DNA of 64,000 nt from the NCBI GenBank assembly GCA_965113315.1, contig OZ220370.1; one strand, 5' to 3'. The notes beneath the pieces were generated by a model. It was not told where the DNA came from, ran no database searches, and was given only the letters and a program-made list of their open reading frames with translations. The DNA is from Podarcis vaucheri (taxonomy: Eukaryota). Positions within the stretch are counted from its first letter, which is position 1; the number at the start of each line of letters is the position of its first letter. A program made the translations under genes and the position numbers. This document shows, piece after piece, positions 60,892-64,000 of this stretch.

Positions 60892-62957
60892 CTTTAAATC
60901 TTAGACCTATGTAATTTACATTGCAAAAAAAAAGAGCTCCCACAGAAGCAAATGGGAACTTTTCCTCATGCAAACTTCAGAAAAGTGAGGGCCTCATACA
61001 AATCAGCGGCAGTAGGGGGCAAAGGCTGGAGTCCTCCTACTCGCCTATTTTAGAGTCCCGATCCAGATCACACTCACACACTGTTTCTGAAAGAGATATT
61101 GTGCCCTTAGCATTACATGAAGTTTGGCTGCCATTCCAGGGGAAATGAGTAGTGTGGAAGCAACCCAGCTACATCCAGGAAGCAGGAATAATCTTGCATC
61201 ATAAACTAGCAGTGTTATGACAGTGAGCAAGCACAGAATAAGGAAAGCATCTGTTATAAAATATTTGCTATGATAAAATGTGAATTACTGAGAATAAATG
61301 ATCTGTTAGAAAATGTGTGGATTCCAACTATTAAGGGGGAAAGAAATGCATTATTTTACTCTAAGCCACCCAGGTTGTGACACAGCATTCCAGCCCCAAG
61401 TAATAGGACATGGAATTCACAAAGGTCTGCAAATTCCTTTGGCTTTCGTTGTGGATGTTAACATAGTAAAAAGTGTGTGTGGTGTGCGTGGGGGGGGGGA
61501 GAGGGGCGAGCCACTTACTCATGAAGTGTGTGAATATGCCTTGTGGGAATTAACAAATAGTAAATACCCTTTGAGGAGACAAAGATGTTTGAAAGCTTTT
61601 TAAAGGGTATTGGAAACATTCAAGAACCTTAAGTCCCTAAAGTGAGAATATGTGTTGCAATTGTTTTTTAAAAAATCTCATTCAATATTCTTAAAACTTA
61701 CAAAACTGTCTCAAGAAATTTGGTTTGGCATGCACCCTATAATAATAAAATTCCTACTAATGTCTTATACCATTTCTATTGTTATTGTTTGTTTTGCCCA
61801 GAGTTGCCCAAAAGTAAATTAAATTAACATGAAGAAAATTCTTTTGTGTGTGTGTCATCCTCTGATCCAGTGATAATGTTCTACATGCAGAAGTAGGTTC
61901 CCAAAAGCAGATGTGCTCTACAGACCATACAAAAGGCTACTGCAGGAAGCAAGCAAACAAACAAACAAACAAACAACTACCTCCAATACCCTACCTCCAG
62001 ACACATGCAGCCAAACAAATTCTGGGCAGTATTATTGCTGCAAGGATTCCTGCTTGTGCAACTGGATTTTCCCTCCATCTCCTGCCCCTGTGTGTGCCTT
62101 GTACGCTCTCCAAATCTCCTTAAGAGGGTTGGGACAAATTTGATTGGGGGTACAGAGGAGAAGGAAGGGAGAATATTAATTGTACAAGCAGAAATCTTTA
62201 CACCGAGAGAACATTCATTTAGCAGTACATTGGCTTTCACCCTGTGAGTGCTATAAATTCCAAGAACTTTATCTATTTCAAATAGTACCTGTGCCACATA
62301 TCATTTCTCATAAGGCTGCGACAGAAGGTGCCCCCTCTCACTGCAGCAATAAGTCTGCTCAGTCAGATACCACCCCAGATCCCTTGTCTTGGGCTAAGTT
62401 TGTAATATTGTCATGTTTCCAAAAGTCTAAAAGGGGAGGGGGGAATTCCCCTATGACTGATGCTTAAAAGTATCACTTCTTCAAAATATTTTGTATGACC
62501 ACACTCTACTCATAGCTGCAGCTGAACAGAAGTGGCTTCAGGAAGCAGTTACAGTTCTGCCTGAAACTGATAGTTTTTTATTTATTCTTACCCCCCTCCC
62601 CCAATCTACATTTACTGATTTCTGCCTGGAACAGAATTCTACTAAATGGGGAGGGAAGATATGATTTTTGCTGATTCCCTCTGCCCCGCTCCTAAATCTG
62701 TTCCATAAAGTTGGGGATCCTCTAGCGCAGCAATGGAGTTGGCCAGCAGGAGCAGGAGAAATCAGCAAAAATTGCCTCCTCCTGTTCAGAGGAGCCTCAC
62801 CTGGATCTGATTTGGCTGATGGAAGGAGCCCTTCTCAACATAGAAGAGCAAATCTGGATCCAACCCTTTGTAAGTTTTAATAATTATAAGCAGTATAAAG
62901 TTAATTCCAGTTTTAACTGTATGAAGTAAAAGTTGCTGCAATTTAGAATGATGACTT

Positions 62958-63203
62958 GAAGAAGAAGAAGAGTTTGGATTTGATATCCCGCCTTTCACTC
63001 CCCTTCAGGAGTCTCAAAGCGGCTAACATTCTCCTTTCCCTTCCTCCCCCACAACAAACACTCTGTGAGGTGAGTGGGGCTGAGAGACTTCAGAGAAGTG
63101 TGACTGGCCCAAGGTCACCCAGCAGCTGCATGTGGAGGAGCGGAGACACGAACCCGGTTCCCCAGATTACGAGACTACCGCTCTTAACCACTACACCACA
63201 CTG
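62958..63203 (-). mobile_element. Young Squam3-like SINE (inverted twin of 794-1047)
   Basis: Reverse complement differs from 794-1047 at only about six positions by eye. Confidence 0.85.
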
Positions 63204-64000
63204 GAAAAGAGTGTCTTTTCTTTAAAATTATCTTATTAATGTGTGTTTTTACAGCTAGGGATTTGACTGCTTTGCTGCCCATTTATTGCTGGCATGTATG
63301 GTAATTTCATAATGTTTTGAAGTTCTTACATATAAACACTGGTTGTGGTGGGGAAAAATGGAACTCATCATTGAAGCATACATAGATGGAAGGAGAATTG
63401 CCGGGAGGATAGGTAAGGACTACTATTGTGGAGAATCAACAGAGAGAAAGTTAGAAAGATGAGCTCACATATGTTCCGGGAAAGAAATATTCAGTAGAAG
63501 GCTAATGCATGCCACTGCTGTAAGTAGTAGCAGCCATAGTGAGTGGAGTCATATACCTGAAAGAGCAGAGAAGGAACCTGTGGCTTTCCACATGGCGTAG
63601 GACTCCCAGCGCCCCTAAACTATCCCTTAACTGAAGTGTACAGGTGGTACTGATAACCTTTTTTAAAAAATATGCTGAGTTGGCCTTGTACTGCAACCTT
63701 CCCCCTCTGTTGCTACCAGCAGCCACCATTTTTTGCTTACCAGTCATGCCTTGACTCCGCATTATCAATAATCTTCTGCGTTCAGCGTTTAGAAAATGGC
63801 CGCTGTATAGAAACAAGCATGGTAGTGCCAACCTCCAAGCTTAAAGCTTTTGAATTCTGAGGTTGCTGGCAATGACGCATAGCTCAGGGCAATGTTTAGA
63901 GGGAGCTAACCAACTATTAATCCTGTCATAATATCCCCATTACTAGGCTTGCCCAATGTCATGTTAAGATTCAAAACAGATTGCGTTTGAGGGATGTCTT

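Overview
Vertebrate nuclear DNA, most likely from a lacertid (Podarcis-like) lizard judging by its squamate SINE, MITE and LINE repertoire. It is the syntenic equivalent of human 18p11.32: the 3' nine coding exons of YES1 (+), complete ENOSF1 (+, 16 exons, 446 aa), complete TYMS (-, 7 exons, 308 aa) lying tail-to-tail with ENOSF1, and the complete CLUL1 coding region (-, 7 coding exons, 465 aa). Exon boundaries were read by hand from the sequence and keep frame; there is no prokaryotic system or CRISPR array. The most unusual feature is a 1.9-kb retroelement in TYMS intron 6. It has an intact L1-type 5' end, a poly(A) tail, a perfect ~20-bp TSD and one 198-aa ORF, but no ORF2 (a 'half-L1'-like architecture), and it is inserted in a MITE in the TYMS sense orientation. 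Other points of interest: reciprocal SINE/MITE nesting, two tRNA heads on one CR1 tail, a solo LTR pointing antisense at TYMS exon 1, GC-AG introns and an upstream-shifted stop in CLUL1, and MITEs carrying different internal hairpins. Repeat family names come from recall and need a database check.
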